A stretch of 50,790 nt of DNA. Origin: Octopus bimaculoides. Lineage: Eukaryota. Under the pieces are notes generated by a model. The model was not told the origin of the DNA, searched no databases, and saw nothing but the letters and a program-made list of their open reading frames with translations. A program made the position numbers and the translations under genes. Each line of letters opens with the position of its first letter. Within the stretch, counting starts at the first letter, position 1. Below, piece after piece: positions 50,331 to 50,790 of this stretch. The stretch lies in contig NC_068992.1 in the NCBI RefSeq assembly GCF_001194135.2, positions 27,744,402 through 27,795,191 on the forward strand. The letters run 5' to 3'.

Positions 50331-50505
50331 CCCTTTCGTTACCAACCCGGCTGAAACTGCTTCTGGCTCTGTAGTACAAATGTCTTGTTTTCATAAGTTT
50401 TGAATTAAAATCTTCCACCAAACCTTAGTCACAATTTATGTTCCTAACACTAGCCTAATGATAAGTAAGTTATTTCACAAAATTCTTTGTTATATTTAAA
50501 ATTAA
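50331..50505. mobile_element. piggyBac-type MITE P1, interrupted at its inner end
   Basis: TTAA|CCCTTTCGTTACCAACCCGGCTGAAAC.. is the reverse complement of 4950-4790. Homology stops where the 62-bp array starts. A separate P1 right end (GTAACGAAAGGGTTAA) lies at ~50155-50184. Confidence 0.85.
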
Positions 50506-50507
50506 GT

Positions 50508-50790
50508 GGACTGGCTCATGTGCGGGCGACACGACACATGAAATCTTTCGAGCGAGATCGTTGCCAGTACCCCTGGGCCGGCTCTTGTGCGGGTGACACA
50601 TGAGGTTTTTCGAGCGAGATCGTTGCCGGTGCCCCTGGACTGGCTCATGTGCGGGCGACACATGAAATCTTTCGAGCGAGATCATTGCCAGTGCCCCTGG
50701 ACTGGCTCTTGTGCAGGTGACACATGAAATGTTTTGAGCGGGACGGGATTGTTGCCAGTGCCCCTGGACTGGCTCATGTGCGGGCGACAC
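50508..50790 (+). repeat. 62-67-bp tandem array derived from RTE 3' UTR subrepeats (runs off the window)
   Basis: Units start at 50508, 50575, 50637, 50699 and 50766: GGACTGGCTCATGTGCGGGCGACACATGAAATCTTTCGAGCGAGATCGTTGCCAGTGCCCCT. A homologous unit lies inside the RTE tail at ~9880-9945. Confidence 0.92.

Noticed and set aside
50508-50790. CRISPR-like regular repeat
   Set aside because: The units are contiguous with no unique spacers, there are no cas genes, the context is eukaryotic, and the unit is homologous to RTE 3' UTR.

Overview
Eukaryotic, AT-rich, CpG-depleted, repeat-dense animal DNA with four N-gaps. The repeat families (RTE LINEs with (GAT)n tails, several tRNA-headed SINEs, TTAA- and TA-flanked MITEs, long (TA)n/(CA)n/(TAA)n tracts) match what I recall of octopus genomes. 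That taxon call is recognition, not a database result. One host gene is supported, on the minus strand: the last two coding exons of a TPRG1/TPRG1L (Mover, hSac2-domain) homologue at 41997-42173 and 20823-21168. They are joined in phase 2 across a ~20.8 kb intron, and upstream exons appear to lie beyond the window. Neither exon appears intact in the ORF track. Nearly everything else is transposon-derived or simple repeat. The most interesting observations are: a near-intact minimal type I hammerhead-like fold with a variant core plus two decayed relatives; a C4HC3 PHD finger inside RTE ORF2; an intronic pre-miRNA-like hairpin; a 450-bp foldback element; head-to-tail SINE stacks; (TA)n-associated RTE tails; and a 62-bp higher-order minisatellite made from a LINE 3' UTR. 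No prokaryotic-type system (CRISPR, operon) is present. Identity figures are by-eye estimates, and TE boundaries lacking a TSD or TIR are approximate.
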